Source: an uncultured Chloroflexia bacterium
GTDB taxonomy: Bacteria > Chloroflexota > Limnocylindria > Limnocylindrales > CSP1-4
Reading direction: 5' to 3'
DNA length: 64,000 nt
Assembly: GCA_963766735.1 (NCBI GenBank)
Contig: CAVYBU010000006.1
Span: 128,001 to 192,000, forward strand
This document shows, one piece after another, positions 51,912 to 61,795 of this stretch. The translations under genes and the position numbers were made by a program. The notes beneath the pieces were generated by a model, which saw only the letters and a program-made list of their open reading frames with translations, was not told the origin of the DNA and ran no database searches. Position 1 is the first letter of the stretch, and every line of letters begins with the position of its first letter.

Positions 51912-53129
51912 TCAGGCCACCCAGTCGCCGATGATGAACAGCCAGGTGAGCGCCCCCAGGGCAAGCGTGGACATGACCGTCCAGGTCACGGCCCGCCGCC
52001 GCCCGCTGGTCGCAAGGGCGACGACGACGAATGCTGGAAACACCACCTCCAGCAGCCGGGCCGTGGACGTCAGCGGCGTGGGCTGGATACGGACGGCGAT
52101 CAGGGCGACTTGCGGGATCGCGAGCAGCGAATAGGAGACAGGCAACCGGCGCGCTCCGACGACCACGAGCACCATGAACAGCAGCAGCATGCCGAGGTTG
52201 AGCGCCTGGAGCGAGTCGTGCCGGTCGATGATCCACTGCAGACTGGCGCCGACGACCTCCCACGGAGGATGGAAGTTCTTGCCGCCCCACACGTCCTGCG
52301 TGTCGAGCGGCGACCTGCCCATGACGAGACCGGTTGCCAGCACGAATGAGCCGAAGCCAATCACCGGGGCAGCGATGGCGGCGATCGACGAGAGTGCCGG
52401 CATCGATCGCCCGGTCTCCTCCGGGCGCTCACGCCACGCGGACCAGGCTTCCCATGCGACGGGGAGGACGAGGAACAGGCCCTGGATGCGCGTGAGACCA
52501 GCAAGCAGGCCGACGATGGCCGCAACACCCCAGGAACGCTCCCGTGCGGCGAGGATCGTCCATACGGTGAACGCGAGGAAGGGCGCTTCGGTGAACGGCG
52601 CGAACAGGAAGAGCGCCGCGGGGGCGACCGTGATGAACAGCACCGTTCGCTGGGCGACCTCCCGGCTGAAATCCCGGGCCACCAGCCGGAACAGCCCGGT
52701 GATCGCCGCAACGTAGGCCAGTCCGGCGACGACGAGCCCGCTCAGCGCGATGTTCCCGCCAAGCGGCCAGGCCACGAGGCGCATCAGTGCGGGCAGGACC
52801 GGCCAGAAGTTGGTCGAGTCGCCCCCGGGCTCGTACCAGAAGGCCGCCACCTTCGAGTACCAGCACGCGTCCCACCGCTGCCACACCCCGACCAGCGGGA
52901 ACTCGAGTCCGGAGTCCGCGAGGGGCGGGATCGTCGTCCAGCCATCCCGCGCCAGCTCGAAGTGGCATGGCCCAGGGATTGCCATGTGGGCCCAGATGAA
53001 GAGGGCGAGCAGCCCGAGGCCCAGGCGCATGACCACGAAGAGCCACAGAGCCTCTCCGAGCCCTTCCGGCAGGGCTGGGAGGCGAACGGGCCCAAACCGC
53101 GACGGTGGCCGGGTGACGCCGGTCGTCAT
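51912..53129 (-). CDS. PIG-V-like mannosyltransferase family protein (GT-C)
   Basis: RWDACWY..VA...Y, F.P..P, FTEAPFL, TR..G. Confidence 0.8.
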   Translation of the reverse strand: MTTGVTRPPSRFGPVRLPALPEGLGEALWLFVVMRLGLGLLALFIWAHMAIPGPCHFELARDGWTTIPPLADSGLEFPLVGVWQRWDACWYSKVAAFWYEPGGDSTNFWPVLPALMRLVAWPLGGNIALSGLVVAGLAYVAAITGLFRLVARDFSREVAQRTVLFITVAPAALFLFAPFTEAPFLAFTVWTILAARERSWGVAAIVGLLAGLTRIQGLFLVLPVAWEAWSAWRERPEETGRSMPALSSIAAIAAPVIGFGSFVLATGLVMGRSPLDTQDVWGGKNFHPPWEVVGASLQWIIDRHDSLQALNLGMLLLFMVLVVVGARRLPVSYSLLAIPQVALIAVRIQPTPLTSTARLLEVVFPAFVVVALATSGRRRAVTWTVMSTLALGALTWLFIIGDWVA

Positions 53130-53220
53130 GAGGCAAGAGTCTAGCGCCCGCTCCGGCACGCACGGGCCTCTGCCGGCACCCTGGGCCCTCGCGATGCCCC
53201 TGGCCATTGGCCCGGGGCAC

Positions 53221-53252
53221 AGAAACGCCCGGCTCCGCATCCGGGCCGGGCG
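53221..53252 (-). terminator. Rho-independent terminator of rplI
   Basis: CGCCCGGC..GCCGGGCG hairpin followed by TTTCT on minus strand. Confidence 0.65.
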
Positions 53253-53295
53253 AGTCTTCGTGCTTCGAGCGGGCGGGCGGCGGGCCCGCGAGCCG

Positions 53296-53742
53296 TCAGC
53301 CCTTCGGCTCGACGACGATCGTGACCTCGGGCGTCATGCCCGCGTGCACCCTGATCGCCACCTTGTAGGTGCCGAGGGACTTGATCGGCGATTCGAGCTC
53401 GATCTTGTGCTTGTCAACCACGATCCCACGCCGGCCGAGAGCCTCCGCGATGTCCTGGTTGTTGATGGAGCCGTACAGCTTGCCGCCCTCGCCAACCTTG
53501 ACGCCCATCGTCAGGGTGGTGCTGGCGATCCGGGTCGCGGCGATCTCGGCGTCCGCGCGCTCGCGCTGGCGCTTGTCCTCGCGGCTCGCGATGTCGTGCT
53601 GGTACGCGCGATAGGCGCCACCCGAAGCGGACACGGCGAGCTTCTGCGGGATGAGGAAGTTCTGGGCGTACCCGTCAGCAACCGTCTTCATCTCGCCCGT
53701 CTTGCCGAGCTTCGCGACGTCCTTCGTCAGGATGACCTTCAC
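53296..53742 (-). CDS. rplI: 50S ribosomal protein L9
   Basis: MKVILTKDV.KLG..G....VADGYAQNFLIP, GKLYGSI. Confidence 0.97.
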   Translation of the reverse strand: MKVILTKDVAKLGKTGEMKTVADGYAQNFLIPQKLAVSASGGAYRAYQHDIASREDKRQRERADAEIAATRIASTTLTMGVKVGEGGKLYGSINNQDIAEALGRRGIVVDKHKIELESPIKSLGTYKVAIRVHAGMTPEVTIVVEPKG

Positions 53743-54281
53743 GCGATCGAACCCTCCTTGTTGATCCAGGTCCGGAGCCAGGGCCCGAGCCTGCTGTTGT
53801 TGAGCGTATCGCCTGCGAACGAGATGAGCTCGGGCGCCTGCCGCATGATGCGCCGGAGTGGTGCCGGCGTGAAGCGCCGGATCCTGGCCACATCCGCGTG
53901 GAACACCCGGCGATCGATCCCCAGGTCGTCCAGCTTCTCGTCGAGCACGAGGTCCGGCACGCCGTCCAGGAACAGGTCCACGGCCAGCACCACGATGACC
54001 AGGTCCTCGATGCCTCCCACCAGCGGCAGGTCGTCCGGGACGAGGTCCCGTCCGATGATCAGGTACCCGAGGGCCGCCGCGAGCAGCGCCTTGCGGCCAA
54101 CGGGGGTCCGATCATCGCGGATCAGCTCCCAGAACAGGCGTCCGTAGATCGGCGCCCGGCTCGCAAGCGGCAGGACGAGGACCAAGCCCAACAGCCGCCT
54201 GAGGCCGATCCGCCGGTCGCGGCGTCCCCGTGGCGTGTGCTGACGGTCTTCCTCGCGGTCAACCCGCGATCCTCGAGCCAC
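53739..54281 (-). CDS. YkvA/DUF1232-like membrane protein
   Basis: DDRTP...K..L.A.LGY....DLVPDD.P.VG..ED. Confidence 0.8.
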   Translation of the reverse strand: MARGSRVDREEDRQHTPRGRRDRRIGLRRLLGLVLVLPLASRAPIYGRLFWELIRDDRTPVGRKALLAAALGYLIIGRDLVPDDLPLVGGIEDLVIVVLAVDLFLDGVPDLVLDEKLDDLGIDRRVFHADVARIRRFTPAPLRRIMRQAPELISFAGDTLNNSRLGPWLRTWINKEGSIA

Positions 54282-54381
54282 CCTGCTCCTCGTGTCGAAC
54301 CCGGCGACCCGCTGCGGCTGCCGGGGAGGGGGAGTCTATCAGGGGCGCCGGACCGTTCCCCAGGGCCGCATCGGACCATGG

Positions 54382-54409
54382 TTGACATCGAACGTCCGTT
54401 CGGTATGAT
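54382..54409 (+). promoter_or_regulatory. lexA promoter with LexA box between -35 and -10
   Basis: TTGACA-TCGAACGTCCGTTCGG-TATGAT. Confidence 0.92.
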
Positions 54410-54432
54410 GCTAGGTGGAAAGGAGGCGCCCG

Positions 54433-55098
54433 ATGACTCGTCACGACGCCGAACGCAAGCGCAAGATCCTGGACGTGATCGCCGCGACCATCCGCGCGCG
54501 CGGCTTCCCGCCGTCTGTCCGCGAGATCGCGAAGGCCGTCGGGCTCGCCTCCACGTCTGCCGTGCACCACCACCTCCAGATCCTCGAGAAGGAGGGCTAC
54601 CTGGAGCGCGGCGTGTCGGACGACGGCACGTCCCAGTCACGCGCCATCCGCTTCACCCCCCATGCCGCCCTGATGCTGGGTCTCGCGTCCGAGCTGACGC
54701 CCCAGACCATCCCGGGGGACTCGCACACCCTGCCGATCATCGGGGAGATCGCGGCCGGCGGCCCCATCGAGGCCTACCAGGACGCGTCCGAGACGCTTGC
54801 CGTGCCGGACATCCTCGCCCCCGCCGGGGACGCCTACGTCCTCCGCGTGCGCGGGGACTCCATGATCGAGGCCCACATCGCGGACGGGGACTTCGTCGTG
54901 ATCCGCCCGCAGGAAACAGCCAGGGACGGGGACATCGTGGTGGCCCAGGTGGAGGAGAACGCCGTCACGCTCAAGCGGTTCTTCCGGGAGAAGGACCAGG
55001 TCCGCCTCCAGCCCGCCAACACGGCCTACGCGCCGCAGTTCTACCCCTCCGTCCGGATCCAGGGCAAGCTCATCGGCGTGATCCGGCGCCTGGACTGA
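54433..55098 (+). CDS. lexA: SOS repressor LexA
   Basis: FPPSVREI..AVGL.STS.V..HL, IAAG cleavage site, GDSM, TLKR; AAGGAGG SD. Confidence 0.96.
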   Translation: MTRHDAERKRKILDVIAATIRARGFPPSVREIAKAVGLASTSAVHHHLQILEKEGYLERGVSDDGTSQSRAIRFTPHAALMLGLASELTPQTIPGDSHTLPIIGEIAAGGPIEAYQDASETLAVPDILAPAGDAYVLRVRGDSMIEAHIADGDFVVIRPQETARDGDIVVAQVEENAVTLKRFFREKDQVRLQPANTAYAPQFYPSVRIQGKLIGVIRRLD

Positions 55099-55128
55099 TC
55101 GCCGGCGGACCGGCGGTGCGCGGACACG

Positions 55129-55195
55129 AGTGGACCGCACCGGGATCCGTCCACATCTCGTCCACAGTCGCGGCAACTCCGTGGATGAACCACAG
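55129..55195. promoter_or_regulatory. Cluster of degenerate DnaA-box-like 9-mers upstream of dnaB
   Basis: CCGTCCACA (55147), TCGTCCACA (55158), TCATCCACG (minus, 55180-55188), TGAACCACA; consensus TT(A/G)TCCACA. Confidence 0.45.
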
Positions 55196-55282
55196 CGCGG
55201 AGGCCGCATTCGTTGACCCGTACGCCGGGCAGCCCGGCGACCATCTGAGCCTGACCCAAGCCCGTCGGAGTCTCCGCGCCCC

Positions 55283-56632
55283 GTGATCGATCGCCTGCCG
55301 CCGCAATCCCTCGAAGCCGAGCAATCGGTTCTGGGCGCCGTGCTCATCGACCGCGACGCCATGATCGAGATCGCAGAGTTCCTCAAGCCCGAGGACTTCT
55401 ACCGGCAGGCCCACGGTCGCATCTACGCCGTGATGCTGGACCTGTCCGAGCGCCGCGAGCCGATCGACGTCGTGACGGTCTCGGAGGCCCTGGAGCGTTC
55501 CGGTGACCTCGAGACCATCGGCGGCCGCGCCTATCTGAGCACGCTGACCAACCAGACCCCGACGGCCGTGCATGCCGCGCAGTACGCGCGGATCGTGGAG
55601 CGGAAGTCGCTGCTGCGGAACCTCATCGGGGCGGCAGGCAAGATCGCAGGGATCGGCTACGAGGACCCGGCGGAGGTCCAGGAGGCGATCGACCGGGCGG
55701 AGTCAGAGCTGTTCGCCGTCAGCCAGCGGCGCGTCGGGGCCAGCTTCTCGCCCCTGAAGACGCTGCTGCACGACGCGTACGACCGCCTCGACTACCTCCA
55801 CGCGCATCGCGGGGAGATCAGCGGCATCAGAACGGGCTTCGGGGACCTGGACACGCTGACGACCGGGCTCCAGAAGAGCGACCTCGTGATCGTCGCGGCA
55901 CGGCCGTCCGTGGGCAAGACCAGCCTCGCGCTCAACATCGCGGAGCACGCGGCGGTCACGGACCGCAAGAGCGTCGGCATCTTCAGCCTCGAGATGAGCA
56001 AGGAGCAGCTCGTGCTGCGCCTTCTCTCATCCGTCGCGAACATCGACTCGCAGCGGCTGCGGACCGGCTTCCTGGAGGAGCTGGACTTCGCCCGGATCGC
56101 CCCGGCGATGAATGCCCTCTCGGAGGCGCCGATCTACATCGACGACACGCCCAACATCACCACGATGGAGCTCCGGACCAAGGCGCGCCGGCTCCAGGCA
56201 GAGGCGGGCGTCGACCTGATCATCGTGGACTACCTGCAGCTGATGCAGTCCTCCACCACCAGCCGGGATGCGAACCGCGTGCAGGAGGTCTCGGAGATCT
56301 CGCGCGGCCTCAAGGCGCTCGCCCGCGAGCTCAAGATCCCCGTGATCGCCCTCAGCCAGCTATCGCGCCAGCCGGAGATGCGCGAATCGAAGGAGCCCCG
56401 GCTCTCTGACCTCCGGGAGTCCGGCAGCATCGAGCAGGACGCGGATCTCGTGATGTTCCTGTGGCGGGAGAAGGAGCGCGGTTCGGACGACCAGGTCACC
56501 GACGGAGAGGTCGTGAAGCTCAAGCTCTCCAAGCACCGCAACGGCCCCACCGGCGAGATCGATCTGTGGTTCAAGAAGGCCCAGACGCGTTTCGTGTCCT
56601 ACGCCGGGGAGCGGTTCGCGGACGTCAACTAG
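55283..56632 (+). CDS. dnaB: Replicative DNA helicase
   Basis: PPQSLEAEQSVLG, AARPSVGKT, FSLEM, DYLQL, SDLRESGSIEQDAD, KHRNGPTG. Confidence 0.98.
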   Translation: MIDRLPPQSLEAEQSVLGAVLIDRDAMIEIAEFLKPEDFYRQAHGRIYAVMLDLSERREPIDVVTVSEALERSGDLETIGGRAYLSTLTNQTPTAVHAAQYARIVERKSLLRNLIGAAGKIAGIGYEDPAEVQEAIDRAESELFAVSQRRVGASFSPLKTLLHDAYDRLDYLHAHRGEISGIRTGFGDLDTLTTGLQKSDLVIVAARPSVGKTSLALNIAEHAAVTDRKSVGIFSLEMSKEQLVLRLLSSVANIDSQRLRTGFLEELDFARIAPAMNALSEAPIYIDDTPNITTMELRTKARRLQAEAGVDLIIVDYLQLMQSSTTSRDANRVQEVSEISRGLKALARELKIPVIALSQLSRQPEMRESKEPRLSDLRESGSIEQDADLVMFLWREKERGSDDQVTDGEVVKLKLSKHRNGPTGEIDLWFKKAQTRFVSYAGERFADVN

Positions 56633-56642
56633 ACGCCCGCCG

Positions 56643-57539
56643 CTACTGGTCCTCGTCCGGCAGCAGCGGCCGCAGGGCCAGCGAGTACAGCGTCCCGTCG
56701 GGGGCGTTGAGGTACACACCGGCCACGATCCCTCCCTCGTACCCGTCCACGCCGACGGCCGATGCCTCGGCGGGCGTCAGCACCCTCGTTCGCAACTGGA
56801 GCGTGTTCGGGTCGGCCGGGAGCGCGAAGTCGGCCGGCGTGAGGTCCGGCCACGGCCACTCGCGAACCCTGACGCCCTGGGCGCCAGCCGCATCGATCAG
56901 GACGCCGCGGAAGGCCGCGGGCTCGTACGGCGCGCTGCCCAGCGAACCGCCCCGATCGAAGTCCCGCAGTGAGTCGGCGAGCTTCATGAATGCGCCCTTG
57001 ATGGCGGTGTCGGCGTCCGGCTCCCCCATCAACCCGAGGGCGGAGATGGTGACAACCTTCGAATCGCCATCCGCGTGGATCTCGAAGACGGTGCTCGGCG
57101 CGTCGGCGACGAGCGGGTTCTGGTACTCCTTCCTGGCCGCAGCGAGGCCGCCCTCTGCCAGCGCGAACACGAGCAGGTCCTGGATCTGGGCCTCCGAGAG
57201 AGTGGCGGTGCGGACCGGGCTGCCCGTGATCACGTCATCGGCCGAGGGCGTGATCGTCGTTGAGTTGCTGACGAACACGACGCGTCCGTCGCCGTAGAGC
57301 GTGAAGTACGGGACGTGGGCGGCAATCCACTCGACGGGCACGAAGCCGCCGGCCTCGTCGGCCCGCAGGATGATCTCGTTGGCCCCGGTCGGGTGGGCCA
57401 GCCCTTCCGGAGTGGCCGTGGGCGGTGACGTCGGGTCGGTGTCGGCGGGGCGCGCGGTGCCGGAGCCCGTCGCGGTGCAGGCAGAGAGGGCGATCGCCAG
57501 GGTGAGGAGCGCGGCTGGGCGCCGCAGGCGGGTGGACAT
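56643..57539 (-). CDS. Hypothetical lipoprotein
   Basis: Lipobox LSAC; P.FTLYGDGRV, ADAPST.F, LRPLLPDE. Confidence 0.8.
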   Translation of the reverse strand: MSTRLRRPAALLTLAIALSACTATGSGTARPADTDPTSPPTATPEGLAHPTGANEIILRADEAGGFVPVEWIAAHVPYFTLYGDGRVVFVSNSTTITPSADDVITGSPVRTATLSEAQIQDLLVFALAEGGLAAARKEYQNPLVADAPSTVFEIHADGDSKVVTISALGLMGEPDADTAIKGAFMKLADSLRDFDRGGSLGSAPYEPAAFRGVLIDAAGAQGVRVREWPWPDLTPADFALPADPNTLQLRTRVLTPAEASAVGVDGYEGGIVAGVYLNAPDGTLYSLALRPLLPDEDQ

Positions 57540-57572
57540 GTCGTCCGGGACGCGGGTCCGCGCCGTGCGGTT

Positions 57573-57625
57573 CCATCGCCGTTCGGTTCCATCGCCAGTC
57601 GGCCCATCGCCGTTCGGCCCATCGC
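57573..57625. repeat. Short imperfect tandem repeat CCATCGCC(GT/AG)TCGG x3.5
   Basis: Units of 15-16 bp at 57573, 57589, 57604 and 57619. Confidence 0.8.
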
Positions 57626-57725
57626 GGGAGGCAGTCCAGTGGGGCGCTCCGTCGGTCAGGGCCCGCGGACGCCCTGCCGCCGCGAAGCCTATGCTGGCCA
57701 CGACCCAACCACCAGGAGGAGCCCG

Positions 57726-57929
57726 ATGGGCGTGATCATCATCCGGGAAATGGTCGGGACGAGCCCCCGATCGTGGAGCGACGCCGCTCGCCAGGCCGTG
57801 GCGACCGCCTCGAAGACCGTGCGCAACATCCGCACGATCGAGGTGGTGAAATCGACCGCCCAGATCGACGACGGTGAGATCGTCGAGTACGAGGTCCAGC
57901 TCAAGATCGGCTTCGAGTACGAGGGCTGA
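57726..57929 (+). CDS. Dodecin family flavin-binding protein
   Basis: EMVGTS..SW.DA...AV..ASKTVRNI...EV....GEI.EY.V.LKIGF; AGGAGG SD. Confidence 0.92.
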   Translation: MGVIIIREMVGTSPRSWSDAARQAVATASKTVRNIRTIEVVKSTAQIDDGEIVEYEVQLKIGFEYEG

Positions 57930-58247
57930 TCCCAGATAAGTCGCGGGTGAGCGGCGCGCGGCACCATGCCGCGCATGCCTGCGACGACCCATGGCTCCGA
58001 CCGCCACGGAGCCAGATCCAACCACCCAGGGCCAACCGCCCGGGTTCCCGGGCACCCGCCGCTGGGCGGCCGGGTTGACGCTGCCGATCCCGCATCCCTA
58101 TCGTTCGCGCCATCAGACGGCGCCGCTACCGGCAGCAGTTCCCGGCCGAACCCGTCGACGTCAGGGCACGAGGGACATGCGCTGGTCGCGGTCGGGCCTG
58201 GGATCGCAGGTTCAATGCTGTTCGCGGGACCGATCGGGCGGCTGGGG

Positions 58248-61200
58248 ATGAACCCGCTGCCGATCCAGCCGGCGAAGATCCACCCGCCGCTGCTCCGCCA
58301 CGATGTCCTCTCCCGAGAGCGCCTCAACGGCTGGCTGGACAACGCGGCGAACGGGCGCGTCGCGCTGGTCATCGCCGAGGCCGGGTTCGGCAAGACCACG
58401 TTCCTTGCGGACTGGGCGCGCCACACCCGACGCGCAACGGCGTGGTACCGCCTGGAACCGGATGACCGGGACTGGCTCGCCTTCATCAGGCATCTGGTCG
58501 CAAGCGGCCGGGAGATCGACCCCGGGTTCGCTCCGGATACCTACGACCTGCTGGCCGCACTGGGGCCAGGTGGTCCGTCCAGGGATGACCTGATCGTCAG
58601 CGTCGCCCAGGAGATGGCCGAACTCGCATCGTCGCTGCCCAACGGCCTGAGCCTCCTGTTCGACGACTACCACTCCGTCGACGGCAGCCCCGAGACCGAG
58701 CCCGTCATGAAGGCCCTGGTCGATCGAACGGGACCCGAATTCTCCCTGGTCATCGCGTCCCGGGCGGCGCCATCGCTCGCCCTGGGCAGGCTGCGCGCCC
58801 GCGGCGCCCTCTCGCGGATCGACGGCGACGGCCTCTGTTTCGACGTCCCCGAGACGGAGCGCCTCTTCCGGGATGCCTACCACCAGCCCCTGGACGCGGA
58901 CGTGGTGGTGGACCTGATCGCCCGGACGGAAGGCTGGGCCGCGCTCCTGTCGCTGGTCCACACGAGCCTTGAGGGCCGAGCGGCCGTCGAGGCTCGCGGG
59001 CTCGTCCGGCACCTGTCGGGCGCTCGCGGCGACATTCGTGACTATCTCGCCGAGGAGGTTCTCGACCACCTTGCTGATCATCTTGCTGACTTCTTGGTGC
59101 GCGCTTCGATCCTCGATGTTGTCGGGCCCGAGTCTGCGGCGCTACTTGGGATCGGCTCCAGAGATGAGTGCGTGGCAATGATCCGAGACGCCGCTGGCCT
59201 TGGTCTTTTGGTCGAGATCACGACGGGTGATGGCCACAGGTTCGTTCCGCTCGTTCGCGAGTACTTGTCCGCCCGTCTGAGCCGAGAAGAGGGGTGGGCC
59301 GCGATCCGCGATGCCCACATGATGCTGGGTGCGCACTACGTCGACTCTGACTGGAGGCTCGCCGCTCATCACTATCGCGCTGCGGGGCAGCCGAGTTTGG
59401 CAGTCCAAGTCATCCAGAACTCCCTGAGCACCATCCTCGGCAGCGGACAGTACCGAGCTGCAGCTGACCTACTCGCCGGTTCCGACGAACTCGTCGTAGG
59501 CGAGGTCCTTCGCTCACGACTCTTGCTACAAGTCGGCGCGGTCGCCGAAGCCCGATCCGCGTCGAGTTCCGCAGTCGCTGCCGCAGCATCGCACCGCCCA
59601 GCCGACCAATCGCTCGCTCTGCAGAACGCCGCAACGATCTCTCTGGTGTCTCGTCAGTACGAGGAAGGTCTCAAATACGCCGAAGAGGCGGAGGCGGCAG
59701 CCACCGACAGGTGGGAAGGGGAGCTCGCCCGGGCTCATGTCGCTCTGCTTGGCGCATCGGGAACTGGGAGCCTTCCGGCCCTGGTGCACCAACTTGAGCG
59801 CCTTCTGGGCGTCCAGCGCAAGCGGGCCTACTGGCATCACGCCGCCATCACAAGCCTCAACCTTGCTCAGGTCCTGGTTTGGCTGGACCGAGACACGGAA
59901 GCGCTGCGACATGCAGCCGACGCTGAAGAATTCCTGACCCGGTCATCCCAAGGCTATGAGTTGGTTTCCGTCAAGCTGGCGCAGGCTCACGCCGAGGCGC
60001 ACCTCGGTCACTGGTGCGCAGCGCAGGCACTACTCGAGACCTCAGTTCAGACAGGCCACCCCGAGGGACAGGCTGAAGCGGTTCTAGACGCGGCAGGACT
60101 TGCTGCGTGGTTCGGGCCGAACGATCTCCCAGCGCGAATCCTGGCTCAGGTTCGGCGCGAGTCCCTCCCGTCCAGCTGGAAGGCACATTGGCGTATCGTC
60201 GATTTGTGGCTTGAGGAAGAGTCGCAGCGGCGGTCAGAGATCCTCGATGAGTTGCGGGCCGATCCGCCCCCCTCACTGGAGGTGGGGGCGGCATTTCGAT
60301 GGCACTACACGAAGGCCAGGGCCTACCACGCTCAAGGGGATGCCAAAGGGTTCGACGACGAGATCGCGCGGGTTGACCAAGTCTGCCAACTCCAACGCTC
60401 ACCGGTCGAGGAGCGGCTTCAGGCGTTGCTCCGTGGGGTCGCATCAGGACCACAGCATCTGTCGAGGGTGATTGAGTCTTGGAGTCCGGCCTCCGCCCCT
60501 CTGATTGGGGTACTCGCGTACGAGGTCGCGGGCCTCCTAGGCTCCCTATCCGATGACGCCGCCGCTGCGGTTGGTCGTGCCGTGGCAGGTGCCCCATACA
60601 GATGGCGACGACCTCTGAGGGTCATGCTCGAGAAGGCCGGCCCGGCGCGACACCTGGACCGTATTGCACAACTGCTTGAGGAGATCGGCGAATCGGCCGA
60701 TGTTCAACTGCTTCGCGAGTACGGTCGTAGGTCGAAACGCGCGCGCGGAAACTGGGGCGAGGACTTGGGGCGACGACTCGCCCCGAGGGCGTTCATCGAG
60801 GATCTAGGCCCGATCTCGATCATCATTGGTGATCGCGTGATCGACGGGCGAGGAATCCGCCGCAGAGTCCTCGGCCTTCTTGCCTTTCTGATTAGCCAGC
60901 CCAACGGATCAGCAACGCCCGACCGCGTCATGGATGCACTGTGGCCTGAGTTGGACCCCGGGCAAGGGAGCAACTCGATCCACCAGACCATCTACTTCCT
61001 TCGGCGCGTGATCGACCCAGACTACCGGGCAGGCGTCTCTCCCGAGTACGTGCACTTCGATAGTGAGGTGATCTGGCTCGATCGGGATCTCGTGCAGTGC
61101 AGGAGTTGGCGCTGTCAGGCTCTCCTAGGCAAGCGCGCCCTCTCGCCATCAGAGGTCGACGAACTCGTCCGGGACTACTGCGGGCGGTTCGCGGCCGAGT

Positions 61201-61493
61201 TCCCGTACGAGGACTGGGCGTCGGACTATCGGGACCATCTACATGCGCGCTACCTGGGCGAGATCGAGAAGGTCCTCTCAGAGCCTCGTCATAGTCCAGA
61301 CCTGCGATGGAGATTATGGGTCGGCCAGCGGGCGCTTTCGGTCGATCCTGAAGCCGATGCGGTCGAGGCTCACGTGATCCGGTTGTATCGCCGACTTGGG
61401 GCGTCTGCCGCCGCGGCAGAGCAGTACGGGCACTACTCGACCGTCATGAGAGACCAGCTCGGCGTCGAGCCCCCTGGGATCGAGGACCTCTGA
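58248..61493 (+). CDS. Large MalT-like AAA ATPase - TPR - wHTH/BTAD transcriptional regulator
   Basis: KIHPP..R...RERL, Walker A AEAGFGKTT, LFDDYH, TEGWAA, DYLAEEV; helical TPR-like middle; LLAFL...DALWPE...LRRV wHTH and BTAD-like end. Confidence 0.88.
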   Translation: MNPLPIQPAKIHPPLLRHDVLSRERLNGWLDNAANGRVALVIAEAGFGKTTFLADWARHTRRATAWYRLEPDDRDWLAFIRHLVASGREIDPGFAPDTYDLLAALGPGGPSRDDLIVSVAQEMAELASSLPNGLSLLFDDYHSVDGSPETEPVMKALVDRTGPEFSLVIASRAAPSLALGRLRARGALSRIDGDGLCFDVPETERLFRDAYHQPLDADVVVDLIARTEGWAALLSLVHTSLEGRAAVEARGLVRHLSGARGDIRDYLAEEVLDHLADHLADFLVRASILDVVGPESAALLGIGSRDECVAMIRDAAGLGLLVEITTGDGHRFVPLVREYLSARLSREEGWAAIRDAHMMLGAHYVDSDWRLAAHHYRAAGQPSLAVQVIQNSLSTILGSGQYRAAADLLAGSDELVVGEVLRSRLLLQVGAVAEARSASSSAVAAAASHRPADQSLALQNAATISLVSRQYEEGLKYAEEAEAAATDRWEGELARAHVALLGASGTGSLPALVHQLERLLGVQRKRAYWHHAAITSLNLAQVLVWLDRDTEALRHAADAEEFLTRSSQGYELVSVKLAQAHAEAHLGHWCAAQALLETSVQTGHPEGQAEAVLDAAGLAAWFGPNDLPARILAQVRRESLPSSWKAHWRIVDLWLEEESQRRSEILDELRADPPPSLEVGAAFRWHYTKARAYHAQGDAKGFDDEIARVDQVCQLQRSPVEERLQALLRGVASGPQHLSRVIESWSPASAPLIGVLAYEVAGLLGSLSDDAAAAVGRAVAGAPYRWRRPLRVMLEKAGPARHLDRIAQLLEEIGESADVQLLREYGRRSKRARGNWGEDLGRRLAPRAFIEDLGPISIIIGDRVIDGRGIRRRVLGLLAFLISQPNGSATPDRVMDALWPELDPGQGSNSIHQTIYFLRRVIDPDYRAGVSPEYVHFDSEVIWLDRDLVQCRSWRCQALLGKRALSPSEVDELVRDYCGRFAAEFPYEDWASDYRDHLHARYLGEIEKVLSEPRHSPDLRWRLWVGQRALSVDPEADAVEAHVIRLYRRLGASAAAAEQYGHYSTVMRDQLGVEPPGIEDL

Positions 61494-61587
61494 TCCAGCT
61501 GGTCGCGCCCGGCGACGAATGGGCGAGCGAGCGTGTCGGTATTGGCTTCCGAGTGGGCGGCCCGGTGGGCATAGGTAGGGTTGCGTA

Positions 61588-61649
61588 TTGACCGGTGTAG
61601 TCCGCCGTGCATATAGTCCGGCCCTGCACCAGTACTTTCGTACGGTGCA
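61588..61649 (+). promoter_or_regulatory. Putative promoter with direct repeat and inverted repeat upstream of peptide genes
   Basis: TTGACC-18-TATAGT; TAGTCCG x2; TGCACC-A-GTAC-TTTC-GTAC-GGTGCA. Confidence 0.5.
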
Positions 61650-61795
61650 CCAAGGAAACGCTTGGACGCGCTGATGCCACCACCTGAAATGGGCACTTAG
61701 GGTGGAGGCGGAGCGAGTAGTGCAACCGACCGGCTTTCGAGTCAGGTCGGTTTTCGTGTTCCCGGCGGACACGGAGGCCGCAAGGAGGTACGAGC

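Noticed and set aside
55099-55282. oriC between lexA and dnaB
   Set aside because: Boxes are degenerate, there is no AT-rich unwinding element and no dnaA/dnaN nearby; kept only as a possible regulatory site
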